NCBI GenBank assembly: GCA_031425655.1 | Contig: JANPJS010000267.1 | Location: 1 to 64,000 of the forward strand | Reading direction: 5' to 3' | From: Abditibacteriaceae bacterium | Lineage (GTDB): Bacteria; Armatimonadota; Abditibacteriia; Abditibacteriales; Abditibacteriaceae | DNA: 64,000 bases | Shown here: in pieces, positions 29,494-39,700 of the stretch | How positions within the stretch are numbered: position 1 is the stretch's first letter | How the letters are laid out: every line of letters begins with the position of its first letter | Notes under the pieces: generated by a model | Databases searched by the model: none | What the model was told of the DNA's origin: nothing | The model's input: only the letters and a program-made list of their open reading frames with translations | Made by a program: the position numbers and the translations under genes

Positions 29494-30755
29494 TACAAGG
29501 CTATTTCCGGCTCGTCGTCCGGCGCTTTTTGCAGGTCGGCGTCTTCTTCGTAGGAAATTTGCATCGCTTCGACCACGATGTCGGCCTCGATGCCGTAAAG
29601 ACGGCACAAATCCCAGGCGTTGATCCACGAGCGCAAATACTGGCGCAGGCCGGTGCTGAGCGAGTATTCGCGTCCGGCAGCGGGCGGCGGCGCGTCCCAA
29701 TTATACGCGGCGGCGTAAAGCTGTTGCGCCCGCGCGCCGATGGCCGCGACTTGCTCTTTGGTGGGCGGGCGCAGGTCGAGAGGCGCCCTTTCGATGGCCT
29801 TCATGCCGGTTTCGGCGGCGGCGATGAGCGGCGCGTCCGGCGTGCTTTCCAAACGCGCCGGAATGGTGTGCAAATCGTCTTTGCGACCGCGCAAAACCTG
29901 GCTCGAATAATCTTTGGTGATGGTGAAAACCGCGCCCAAACCACTCACGGGCGCGCTTTTATCCAAGCCGAGCAGTTGCGCGAAGTTGGCGTAAGCGCGT
30001 CCGCGTTGGCGCAGGCTGTAGCGCGAAATCATTTCGGTTTCGTCGAGCAGCAGAATCCAGCCGTTATAGCCCGCCGCGCGGAAAAATCTGGACAAGAACT
30101 CGAAGCGTGGCAACCATTGGCCTTTGAGCGGCTTGCTGAGGTGTGTGGCCGGCTCGCGGATTTCGCGCAAAGCCAATTTCAGGTCGCCGGCCAACATCGG
30201 CGATCCCATCCATTCGGCCAAAACGCGCTCTTGAATCGCCTCGTCGGAGTGCTTTTCAAAAACACGCAGCGTCAGCGCCAAACGTGGATCGAGGCCCGGC
30301 GTGTGATGCGTAAAATCGAAAAACTGCTGATAATGCGGCGCGCTGTCCGAACGCCATTGATGGGCGATTTCATTCAGCGCCGGGCCGGAAAGTTGGGGCG
30401 CGGTCGCTGCTTCGACACAGGCGCGATAAAGTTTGCCCAAGTCATGCAGCGGCGTTTCCTTGTTGAGCGCCACCTGCGATACCACGAAATTCGCTTCCAG
30501 CGCCAGATGCCGCATCGCTTCGAGCCAGTGCGATTTACCGGCACCGAAATCGGCTTCCAACAAAAGTCCCGGCGGGATTTTGGCCTCCGGCTCGTTCCAG
30601 CGCGCCGCCAGAGCTTCGAGGAGCGCGTCGAATTTTTCGCGCACGTCGCTTTGATGCGGTTCGAGAAAACGCACCGCGTCACGGTTGGGCACTCCGGCGC
30701 GCAAAGCTTCGATGGCGCGCCGCGCGGCAATCGTCGGCAGAGTTTCGGTAGACAT
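29493..30755 (-). CDS. BrxD/DUF2791-family P-loop ATPase
   Basis: ARRAIEALRAGVP N-terminus; Walker A ADFGAGKSH; Walker B ILLLDETE. Confidence 0.85.
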   Translation of the reverse strand: MSTETLPTIAARRAIEALRAGVPNRDAVRFLEPHQSDVREKFDALLEALAARWNEPEAKIPPGLLLEADFGAGKSHWLEAMRHLALEANFVVSQVALNKETPLHDLGKLYRACVEAATAPQLSGPALNEIAHQWRSDSAPHYQQFFDFTHHTPGLDPRLALTLRVFEKHSDEAIQERVLAEWMGSPMLAGDLKLALREIREPATHLSKPLKGQWLPRFEFLSRFFRAAGYNGWILLLDETEMISRYSLRQRGRAYANFAQLLGLDKSAPVSGLGAVFTITKDYSSQVLRGRKDDLHTIPARLESTPDAPLIAAAETGMKAIERAPLDLRPPTKEQVAAIGARAQQLYAAAYNWDAPPPAAGREYSLSTGLRQYLRSWINAWDLCRLYGIEADIVVEAMQISYEEDADLQKAPDDEPEIAL

Positions 30756-30777
30756 AATTTCAGCTTTTTATATTGAA

Positions 30778-30870
30778 TAGAACGCAAATTACGCAAATTT
30801 TCGGGAATATACGCAAATTCTTTGAAGATTTGCGGAAATTCGCATGTATTTGCGTAATTTGCGTTCCATT
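30778..30870. repeat. Inverted repeat array (ACGCAAATT family)
   Basis: aacgcaaattacgcaaatt ... atttgcgtaatttgcgtt. Confidence 0.8.
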
Positions 30871-30875
30871 GACGG

Positions 30876-31814
30876 TTAAGAAATCTGCACTAAAGCGTTG
30901 AGCGGATTGGCGAGGCGGCGGTCGTGAACGTCTTCGACGACGCGCATTTTGAGCGCGGTGTAGTTGTCCACGCCGCGTTTGGCATCGCTGAGCAGGCCCG
31001 GCCCGGCGGTGGCCACGAGCAGGAAATTTTGCGTTTCGTCGGTGTCGTCAATGAACTGGCGCAGCACTTCGTAAACATCGAGCGCGGTGCCGCGCGCATA
31101 GCGCACCGGCGCCTCGCCGGGCAAAACGCTCTGCGTCACGGCGTTCAAATCGAGCAGCAGCGCCAAGCCGCCGTGCCCGGTTTCGCGCTGCCACAGCGCC
31201 AGACTGGACAGCAAAAGCCGCGCGTTGTGCCGTGCGATTTTGCCGAAAATCTGCACGCGTTTGAGCGCCGATGCGCTATATTTTTCGCCGCGCAGCCACG
31301 CTTTGATGGTGGCGGAATCCGAAGGCGCCACGTTTTGCGGATTCATCTGGCCTAAGCACAGCATCGCCATCGCGATGCGAAATTCTTTGCTGAAGCGCGT
31401 GTCTTTGAGCAGGCCATTAGTGACCCAGCGCTGCACTTCGGCCAGAATATCGGCGGGCCGCTGACCGCGCGCGGCGGCGCATTCGTCCAACGTGGGCAGG
31501 CCGGTTTCGGGCAGCGCGTAGCCTTGCGCGGCAAATCGCTCGCGCAGCCAGCGCACGGCCAGCGCGTCCCAATCGGTCTGGCGCGCGACGGCGTAGAAAA
31601 TCTGGTCAATCATGTGGACGCGCGTTTGCGAAGCGTCCACGCGCGCGATGGCGAGATTTTGCGATGCAGCGGCCTCGGCGACGGCATCTAAAATCTCGCA
31701 GGCCCGCTGCGGCGGCGCCACCACGATTTTCACCGCTGCGCCGCCGCCCGGCACGAAGTCGGCGGCGTATTCGCGGCGCAATAATTCAATCCATTCGGTC
31801 AGTGGAACTTGCAA
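30876..31814 (-). CDS. DUF2791-like protein with degenerate Walker motifs
   Basis: LRREYAADFVPGGGAAVKIVV (no GxxGxGK), LALLLDLN, YEVLRQFIDD, YTALKMRV. Confidence 0.7.
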   Translation of the reverse strand: MQVPLTEWIELLRREYAADFVPGGGAAVKIVVAPPQRACEILDAVAEAAASQNLAIARVDASQTRVHMIDQIFYAVARQTDWDALAVRWLRERFAAQGYALPETGLPTLDECAAARGQRPADILAEVQRWVTNGLLKDTRFSKEFRIAMAMLCLGQMNPQNVAPSDSATIKAWLRGEKYSASALKRVQIFGKIARHNARLLLSSLALWQRETGHGGLALLLDLNAVTQSVLPGEAPVRYARGTALDVYEVLRQFIDDTDETQNFLLVATAGPGLLSDAKRGVDNYTALKMRVVEDVHDRRLANPLNALVQIS

Positions 31815-31830
31815 TTTGGCTCCCTTCGGG

Positions 31831-31908
31831 GAATTTAGAATTGAGAATGTCGAATGCAGAAAAACAGCGGGCGCCCCTTTCTACATTCGACATTCTCAAT
31901 TCTAAATT
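31831..31908. repeat. Inverted heptamer arrays (AGAATTG/CGAATGT)
   Basis: aatttagaattgagaatgtcgaatg ... cattcgacattctcaattctaaatt. Confidence 0.85.
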
Positions 31909-32690
31909 CAACGCGGCGGCGTGAACTTAATCGTTGAATACTCTTTTTCGGCGCCGTCGCGGGTGACGAAGTGCAGTCGCTTGCCTTTGACGCCCTCGCG
32001 GCTGGCGGTGCTGGACGGCAGGCTGAGGCGATAGCCTTTTTTGGTTTCGCCGATGCCGCTGGTGTCGAGAAAATACACATCGCGCGTGAAGTCGAGCGGC
32101 GTGTAATCCTTCGAAGCGCCGGGCAAAAGCGTCAGCACTTTGTAGATGTCGGCAAGGGGCCGGTCAATGTAATCTTCGGAATGCGCGCCGGCCCGCAAAA
32201 GATCGTAGGTCTCGAAGAGCGTTTCGATGAACTGCGCCGATCTCGCTTTAGGTTCCTGCGCTTGCACGCGCCGCAGCAGCGCCGCCAACACGTCTGGACG
32301 CAGGTTGAATTCGAGCTTTTTGTCAATCCGCACCGCGCTGCTTTCCGGCTCGGCGCGCAGCAAAACCGGGTAGCAAAAAATCACGCCATCGCGCTCGGCC
32401 AGACGCACTCCGGCAGCCTGCGCCGCACCCTGCAACTCGGCCACGAAATCGCCGCCGGGCGATAAATAACGTGCCGCGTCGAAGTCGAGCGGCGTCACGG
32501 CCTCGGCTTTTTCGGCGACGTTTTGCGCCGCGTGTTGCGCTGCCGCGCGCAGCTTTTCCACATCGCGCAGATTGCCCTGCGCTACGGCTTTTTCCAGTTT
32601 CGCTACCGCCGCCGCCTGCTTTTTGGCCGCGTCGTGCCACGCCTTCACGCCGGATTCGTATTCGGCTAAGGCCGCTTCCAATCTCATCAT
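31908..32690 (-). CDS. Hypothetical protein with N-terminal coiled coil (operon gene 1)
   Basis: AAGGAGA RBS before ATG 32690; Ala/Lys-rich helical N-terminus. Confidence 0.8.
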   Translation of the reverse strand: MMRLEAALAEYESGVKAWHDAAKKQAAAVAKLEKAVAQGNLRDVEKLRAAAQHAAQNVAEKAEAVTPLDFDAARYLSPGGDFVAELQGAAQAAGVRLAERDGVIFCYPVLLRAEPESSAVRIDKKLEFNLRPDVLAALLRRVQAQEPKARSAQFIETLFETYDLLRAGAHSEDYIDRPLADIYKVLTLLPGASKDYTPLDFTRDVYFLDTSGIGETKKGYRLSLPSSTASREGVKGKRLHFVTRDGAEKEYSTIKFTPPR

Positions 32691-32767
32691 GCCGCGTGTC
32701 TCCTTTTCGAGAATTGCCCTTTTATTGTGACATAACTTAAAGGCCGCTTGAAACAGAGCCATCACAT

Positions 32768-32823
32768 GAGAACCCCCCTGCCCTAAAGGGCGCCCGCCGG
32801 CCCTTTAGGGCAGGGGGGTTCTC
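32768..32823. repeat. 24-bp-arm palindrome between divergent genes
   Basis: gagaacccccctgccctaaagggc / gccctttagggcaggggggttctc. Confidence 0.85.
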
Positions 32824-32921
32824 TCATGCGATGGCCCTGAATTGTGGCTGACGAGCTAAATAGGCCGGAGCCGATGTTATACTTTCGCGCTGTTTCCACG
32901 TCGAGTTTTGGAGGATTTTTC

Positions 32922-34913
32922 ATGCACCGCGTTTCTCGAATTTGTCTGACGGCAATGGTCGCCGTCGCGCCGCTGATCGGCGCTAAACCCGCCGTCGCGC
33001 AGACGGCCAATGCCGTCGCCAAACCGTTTTTGCATCCGCTGTTCACCGATAACATGGTGTTGCAGCGCGGCGTCGCTGCTCCTGTTTGGGGCTGGGCCGA
33101 ACCGGGCCAGCAGGTCACGGTCAGTATGTCGGGCGCAACGGAAAGCGCGACAAAAACCGAGCGATTCGCCGTCAAATCCAGCGTCACGGCGGGCGCCGAT
33201 GGCAAATGGATGGCGAAAGTCGGCCCCTTAAAAGAAGGCGGGCCATACAATCTCAGTGTCGTGGGGCCGCAAAACGTGACGCTGAACAACGTGATGGTCG
33301 GCGACGTGTGGATTTGCTCCGGCCAGTCGAATATGCAATGGGGCGTCGGCGGCTCAGACAACCCGCAGCAGGAAATCGCCGCCGCCAACTTCCCGAAGAT
33401 TCGCTTGTTTACCGTTCCCAATATCGCGTCGTTGCAGCCGCGCGAAACGGTCAACGGCAAATGGGACGCGGTTTCGCCGCAAACCATCGGCGGATTCAGC
33501 GCCGTCGGCTACTTTTTCGGCAGAGAATTGCATCAAAAAACCGGCGTTCCCATCGGCCTGATTAATTCCTCGTGGGGCGGCACCATCGCCGAAGCGTGGG
33601 CCAGCGCCGAAGCCCTGCGAACCATGCCCGACTTCGTGCCCGGCGTGGAAGCCGTGGAAGCCGCTGCGAAAAATGTGAATGCCGGAACTTTCGCGCAGCA
33701 AATGGCCGAGTGGTGGCAGAAAAACGATCCCGGCACCAAAGCGAACTGGCAAAACGCCGATTTCGACGCGACGGCGTGGAAAACCATGAACGTGGCCGCA
33801 ACGTGGGAAAATGCCGGCTTGCCCGATTTCGACGGCGTAGTCTGGCTTCGCCGCGAAGTCACGATTCCCGATGGCTGGGCCGGCAAAGAGTTGACGCTGC
33901 ATCTTGGCCCAATTGACGACAACGACAGCACGTTTTTCAATGGCACGCCCGTCGGCTCGACCGAAGGCCATCAGGCGCCGCGCGACTATAAAATTCCCGG
34001 CAATTTGGTCAAAGCCGGAAAAAATGTTATCGCGGTGCGCGTTCTCGATACCGGCGGCGGCGGCGGACTTTACGGCGCTGCCGAGGCCATCAAACTCGAA
34101 GCGCCGGGACAAGCGCCGATTTCTCTGTCGGGCGCGTGGCAATACAAAGACAGCGTGGCGCTGGGCCAAACCGCGTCGGCTCCGACGCAAATCGGCAACA
34201 ATCCCAACGTCACGACTGTGCTTTACAACGGCATGATCGCGCCGCTGGTGCCTTTTGGCATCAAGGGCGCGATTTGGTATCAGGGCGAAAGCAACGCCGG
34301 GCGCGCGAAGCAATATCAAACGCTTTTGCCGACGATGATTAAAGATTGGCGCAACCGCTTTGGCGTCGGCGAGTTTCCGTTTTACATCGTGCAATTAGCC
34401 AACTTTATGGCGCCGCGCGAACAACCGGGCGAATCGGCGTGGGCCGAACTGCGCGAGGCGCAATCGCTGACGGCGCAAACGCTGCCCAACACCGGCCTGG
34501 CCGTCGCCATTGACATCGGCGATGCCGCCGACATTCATCCGCGCAACAAGCAGGATGTCGGACGCCGTCTGGCTTTAAACGCGCTGGCCAACGTTTACAA
34601 TCAGAAAGTCGAGTTTTCCGGCCCAATATATAAATCCATGAAAGCCGCGAACGGCAAAATACACTTGGGCTTCGACCACGCAGCCGGCATCGCCGTTAAA
34701 AACGGCGAAAAACTGCGCGGCTTCGCCATCGCCGGCGACGACAAAAAATGGGTCTGGGCCGACGCCGTTATCGAAGGCAACAGCGTGGTTTTATCCTCGC
34801 CGCAAGTGGCGAATCCGACCTTAGCGCGCTACAACTGGGCCGATAACCCGAACGGCAACCTCACCAACGCCGCCGGTTTGCCCGCCGTCCCGTTCCGCAC
34901 CGATAGGCCGTAA
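32922..34913 (+). CDS. Sialate O-acetylesterase-family (SASA) carbohydrate esterase, secreted
   Basis: GGAGGA RBS; DNMVLQR, GDVWICSGQSNM, WGGT, WYQGESN, DIHPRNK. Confidence 0.92.
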   Translation: MHRVSRICLTAMVAVAPLIGAKPAVAQTANAVAKPFLHPLFTDNMVLQRGVAAPVWGWAEPGQQVTVSMSGATESATKTERFAVKSSVTAGADGKWMAKVGPLKEGGPYNLSVVGPQNVTLNNVMVGDVWICSGQSNMQWGVGGSDNPQQEIAAANFPKIRLFTVPNIASLQPRETVNGKWDAVSPQTIGGFSAVGYFFGRELHQKTGVPIGLINSSWGGTIAEAWASAEALRTMPDFVPGVEAVEAAAKNVNAGTFAQQMAEWWQKNDPGTKANWQNADFDATAWKTMNVAATWENAGLPDFDGVVWLRREVTIPDGWAGKELTLHLGPIDDNDSTFFNGTPVGSTEGHQAPRDYKIPGNLVKAGKNVIAVRVLDTGGGGGLYGAAEAIKLEAPGQAPISLSGAWQYKDSVALGQTASAPTQIGNNPNVTTVLYNGMIAPLVPFGIKGAIWYQGESNAGRAKQYQTLLPTMIKDWRNRFGVGEFPFYIVQLANFMAPREQPGESAWAELREAQSLTAQTLPNTGLAVAIDIGDAADIHPRNKQDVGRRLALNALANVYNQKVEFSGPIYKSMKAANGKIHLGFDHAAGIAVKNGEKLRGFAIAGDDKKWVWADAVIEGNSVVLSSPQVANPTLARYNWADNPNGNLTNAAGLPAVPFRTDRP

Positions 34914-34932
34914 ATCGCTTCGCTGCAAAACC

Positions 34933-34968
34933 AATGGCCCGCTTTATTAAAGCGGGCCATTCGTTTTT
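34933..34968. terminator. Bidirectional terminator between convergent genes
   Basis: aatggcccgcttta-t-taaagcgggccatt followed by T-run. Confidence 0.75.
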
Positions 34969-34988
34969 GCCGAGCTACTTCAGCCCGC

Positions 34989-36368
34989 TCAATTTTTCGC
35001 CACTTCAATCACGGTTTTAAGCGCATAAAGGCGCAGCATCGAAGGCGGCGGTAATTCGCCGATGCGAGGGAGATCGCGGTTGGCTTCGAGGGTTTCCCAG
35101 CGCAGAATGTAGCGGATGCCCGGTTTGTCGCTGGTGCCGGAATCGCCGCCGGTTTTGACTTTTAAGCCGGGAAATGCGCCTTCGATTTTGCCTACTTCGG
35201 GCGGCGTGCCCTGCCGCTGAATTTTGCCGATGGCGCGCAGAGTTTCCGGGTCGAGGAGCCACGTTCCTCCGCCGAATTGAATATGGCGAAAGCTCTGTGT
35301 CAGTCGCCCGTCGGCTTCTTTTGCGACTGGGCCAATGCTGATGCCAAAACTTAGCGTGCCGCCACCGCCAAACTCCCAGCGATAAGGCCAATCGGCGATT
35401 TGATAGTGTTTCCAAAGGCCGTTTTCGAGTCGTGCCGTCCACGGCTGCGTGTGGCCTTGTGCGTCGTGCTTGTGATAAGTGATAGTCACGCGATTTTTGT
35501 CGTCGAAGCCGAGTTTGGTGTTGCCGTTGATGATGCCGCCACCAACCGGAACGGCGTCCACGATGTCGCAATCTTTCAATTTAATCGGCAGCGTCAGCGC
35601 CTTACCGCCGCCGGTTTCCCAACGTAGCAAGTCTTTGCTGCGCGCGTAGCTTAAATCGTGATTAGTGGCCGCGTCCGGCGATTCGCGCCAGACCCACGCC
35701 AGGTGAAAATAACCGTCCGGGCCTTTAATCGGCCCCTCGAAATAAGCGTTGCGCTCGCCTTCGCCATCGGTCAAAGGCTTGTCGAGCAGGCGCTTCCATA
35801 TTCGCGTTGGCCCATCATAAATGTTGAAAATCTGGTTGCCGTTGCCGCTGGAGCCATCGCGGTAAGTGAAGAGAAACTCATGCTTTGGCCCGCGCAAAAA
35901 GCGCGGATAAGTGGTGCGTTGTTCTTCGCTGCCGACCATCTTTTCAACGCGCTCGAAAGTCGAAGCATCGAATGGTTTGGTGGTGCGAAAATACTTGAGC
36001 GGCACGACGTGCATATCGCCGCTCAGGTGCAAAAATCCGTCGTCATCAACAGCCAAAACCATGTAATTGTGGCTGTCCCAACCCGTTGTGACCGGCAGTT
36101 TGCTGAATGTCCACGTTCGTTCGTCCAACTTGCGTTGCGCGACGGTGAGCTGGCGCTTGTCGTCGTAAAACGCCGCGAATTGATGCGGTGCGTGCGTTAA
36201 AAGCGCGAAACCAACCGGATGCCCGGCCCAGACCGGCGCGATGTCGAGTGAATCAACGGTGACGGCGCGCTCAAGCGCATCGGTTTTGAGTTGAGCCAGG
36301 TTTTGGCTCATAGCCAAGGGCGACATTAAAATGATAGAGGCGAGCAGAAAAAGCCGAATGTCAAGCAT
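34989..36368 (-). CDS. BNR-repeat (BNR_4) beta-propeller, candidate glycan-active enzyme
   Basis: Signal peptide; WDSHNY, GDMH, TYPRF, YRDGSSGNG, YARSKDLLRW Asp-box. Confidence 0.8.
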   Translation of the reverse strand: MLDIRLFLLASIILMSPLAMSQNLAQLKTDALERAVTVDSLDIAPVWAGHPVGFALLTHAPHQFAAFYDDKRQLTVAQRKLDERTWTFSKLPVTTGWDSHNYMVLAVDDDGFLHLSGDMHVVPLKYFRTTKPFDASTFERVEKMVGSEEQRTTYPRFLRGPKHEFLFTYRDGSSGNGNQIFNIYDGPTRIWKRLLDKPLTDGEGERNAYFEGPIKGPDGYFHLAWVWRESPDAATNHDLSYARSKDLLRWETGGGKALTLPIKLKDCDIVDAVPVGGGIINGNTKLGFDDKNRVTITYHKHDAQGHTQPWTARLENGLWKHYQIADWPYRWEFGGGGTLSFGISIGPVAKEADGRLTQSFRHIQFGGGTWLLDPETLRAIGKIQRQGTPPEVGKIEGAFPGLKVKTGGDSGTSDKPGIRYILRWETLEANRDLPRIGELPPPSMLRLYALKTVIEVAKN

Positions 36369-36510
36369 AGGAGTGTTCGACAGCCCAATGTTTTTGCGTG
36401 TGGTAGCGAAGTGTTGTCCCGACAGCGGACAAGTCAGCGAAATATTTGAAAACTTGCGAATTATTGAAGCCCTCAGACATCCAAAACACCGGAAAACTAA
36501 GGGGGAAATT

Positions 36511-36702
36511 ATGAGCAAAATACTCTATATCGGTAGTTGCGGCGCGTTATTCGGGGCCATTGGCTTTTCTGTAGGGCACTTGCTCAAAGATACGGGCGGG
36601 CGTCTGCTGCTGGAAACTGGCGCGGGCGCCGCCGGCATTGTTTTTGGCTGCGCCAGCACTTTTGTATGGCATCACTGGCAAACAACCCGTCGCGCATCAT
36701 AA
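36511..36702 (+). CDS. Small two-helix membrane protein
   Basis: AAGGGGG RBS; two hydrophobic segments. Confidence 0.5.
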   Translation: MSKILYIGSCGALFGAIGFSVGHLLKDTGGRLLLETGAGAAGIVFGCASTFVWHHWQTTRRAS

Positions 36703-36735
36703 AAACGCCGCCGCGCAAAGTGGCCCCCGAAGTTT

Positions 36736-39700
36736 TCACGGCGCTACGATGCCGACGCGAAGCTGAACCGGGCCGAGCAGTCCGGCAGGTTCGGGCGTGG
36801 CATTGGCAGGCGGCCCGGAAATCGTCCAGGTTTTGCGCTGATTTTCGGGCAGCGAGGCATCGTAAATCAGGCGATTGCGCCACGTATTCGTGACCGCGAT
36901 TTCGATGCGGTTCGCGCCCAGTTTCAGCAACGGCGTGGCGTCGAGGCGATAAGGCGCGGCCCACAATGGGGCGGCGCGCCTGCCGTTAATCGTCACTTCG
37001 GCGATGTTTGCCACGCGGCCCAAATCGAGAATGAATCTCTGGTTGGAAGTTGGCTTTTCGAGCTTCACTTCGTAGGCATAAAGCGCCGTGCCGGAAAAAA
37101 AGCGCGCGGCGGGATTTTCCAAATCCGACCACGCTTTGAGTGTAGGCAAATCTACCTTTTGCGGCGCGTCCCAACCGGGCAGAAAGCGCAGCGTCCACGG
37201 GCCGGAAAGCGCGATGATGCGCGCGCCGCCGACCGCTATTTCGCGTGTTTTGCCTTTAGTGTTTGTCACGCGATAGCGACCATTCTGCAATGCCAGCAGT
37301 TTGCCGTCCGGCAGAATTTCGCACGGCAACGCGGCAGGAGTGGTAAAGGGCAAAGCAACCGGTTGGCCTTCACTTCCGCGCAGAGTTTGCGTGCCGGCTT
37401 CGGTTTGCACTCTAATCACCAGCGTTTTTACCGTGCGAAGCGCCGGGTCGCCGCCCGCCCAGCCGTTGTGCCCGGTAATTGTCGTGGCGCCGCCAGCAAT
37501 CTCGGCGCGCACTTTTTCGGTCACGTCGAATTGGCGTGTCGCGTCCGCTTCGTCGCCGTAAAACGCTTTTAATACGCGTAGGCCGCTATCAGTTTGCGGC
37601 GGCATCGCGGCATCTAAAATGAGCTTTCCGTCGCGTTCAATGCGGGTTGCTGTCGCGGCGCTTATGCCGGGGCGAAACACCACGAAAATCGAAGCCGACG
37701 GCGCCAGATCGAGCGTCACGAAAGTGTGTGTGCCGTCGCTTTTGGTGATGGGCGCCGGGCGCGTCTGGCCGGTCAGAGGGTCGAAAAGTTCGGCGCGGCC
37801 TTTTGCGCGAAAACCAATGGCGCCGCGTAAAGGCAAGCCGCGCGGAGCCGCCACAAAATAAATATCCGCGTCGCCGTCGCGCCGGTGGCACCAGAGCGCT
37901 TTTCCGCCATTTATTACGTCCGGCGCTACACCGGAATCGCGCAAAGCTGCGCTGATTTCCATGCCCCATAACATTTTTCCGCTACCGATTTTTCGCGTGG
38001 CACGCGCTTCGGCTTTATCGCCCCAGGGGAAGAGCAATTTTTCTGCGAATCTTTTGTCGCCCGCCGCGCCGCCGCTGAGCGATGCGTTTTCGCGCGGCGG
38101 TGCAGCGATAATCGTGGCTCCTCGGCACGCCAAACCGCGCAGCTGTGCCAAAGTTTCCGGCGTCAGTCGTGGGCAATCGGGCAGCCACAACACGCGCCAC
38201 GTCGCGCCTTCGGGCGTGGTGAGTAGGCCGTTTTTGACGCTCAGGCGATGCAGCAGCACGTCCTGATTGCAGTAATCGAAGCGGTATCCGGCGGGAAACG
38301 GCGCGTCCTGACGCGGCTTGTGGTCGAACTCATCGCCCAAATACCACAGCACATCGGCGACGGGGCGTCCGCGTTCGAGCATCATCTGGCAGCGCGCTAA
38401 GTAATCCGTAAAGGCCGGCATCTGCTTCCACCACGTTTGGCCGCGCAAAAACGGCGTGCCGATGCCCCCGGCGAAGCTGGTGCCCGGCGGCAGTGTCAGG
38501 CGCGGATTGTGCGTATAGGTGTGAAAAACAAGGTGATTGACGCCGCGTGCGAAGGCTTTGTCAGCGTAAGATTTCAGCATCGCGGGATGCTCGTTCCAGC
38601 GCAGCTCGACTGAGGTAAATGCTTCGGCAGCGACGCGGCGCTTGCCGTAGATGTGCGCCGCCGAAACGGTCGGCAAAAAGGGCTTGGTTTCCTCGCCGCC
38701 CCGGTCGGGGTCGTCGGATTGCCAGAACTCGCACATTGGGATGTCGGCCTTGCCCAAATATTGCAAAATATCGCCCGGCGCCACGTCGCCTAAGGCGGTT
38801 TCAAACGAAACTTTTAGACCGCGCGAATGTGCTAACTGCGCAGTGCGTCCGTAGAAATTTTCCGTCACCAGATCGCTGATCGTCGCGCGCCAATCGCGCA
38901 AAAAGCGCAGCGAAGTTTCCTGATCGCTGACGACGTAACCCGCGATGGCCGGCAGCCAGCGACGCAAATCGTAGCCGCGACGGCGCGCAAACTCGCTTTC
39001 CATGAGCGGTGTCCACGTTTGCGTGCGACATTCCCAACTATCAATGAGCAGGCCGTTTAAAGTGCCCTGCGCTGGGCCTCCGGGCGCGCTGAGACGGCCC
39101 AGATAGTTGGCAAAGTGCTTTTCGACGGCAGCCGATGAAAATTTGTCGCTCTCGAAGCCGGTGGCTTCGGCGGGCGCCGGGGCGTTGCGAGCGCCCGTAT
39201 TGACGTGGCCAAAGCGCAAAATCGTCCATTTGCCGGCGGGCGCGTTCCAGTTCAGCGCGCCTTTCAGCGTTTGCGCGGTCAGGTCAACGATTTTCGAGGC
39301 GTCAATCCACGCCGCGCGGCTTTGACGCGGCGCCGGGCCGAGATCGAGGCTTCGCAGCACGAAACCGGCGCGGCCTTCCCAATCGTCGGTGCGCGCTGCG
39401 GCGCTCAGGCGCAGAAAACTAAGCGACATTGTGCCGGGTTTGGTGCGCTCGAAAGTGAGGCGGAAGGCGGGCGAGGTCGCTTCGGGCAAAGCCAGAGTTA
39501 GCGGATAATCATCTAACCATGTGCTGCGCGGCAGTTCGCGGCGCGCTATGTCCATTAGGCCGTTCGGCGTCACGGCCTGCACGCGAATCGCTAAGCCGGG
39601 GTCGAAATAGCGCCCGCTGACTACGTCTTTAAGCGGCGGCAATTCCAGCGAGCGCAGCGTTACTGGCGCGGCGAATTCAAGTTCCACCCACACGTTTCCA

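Noticed and set aside
29493..31814. Calling the ATPase pair a BREX or Shango system
   Set aside because: No pglZ, pglX, brxC or TerB-like gene is visible, and the helicase is SNF2-type.
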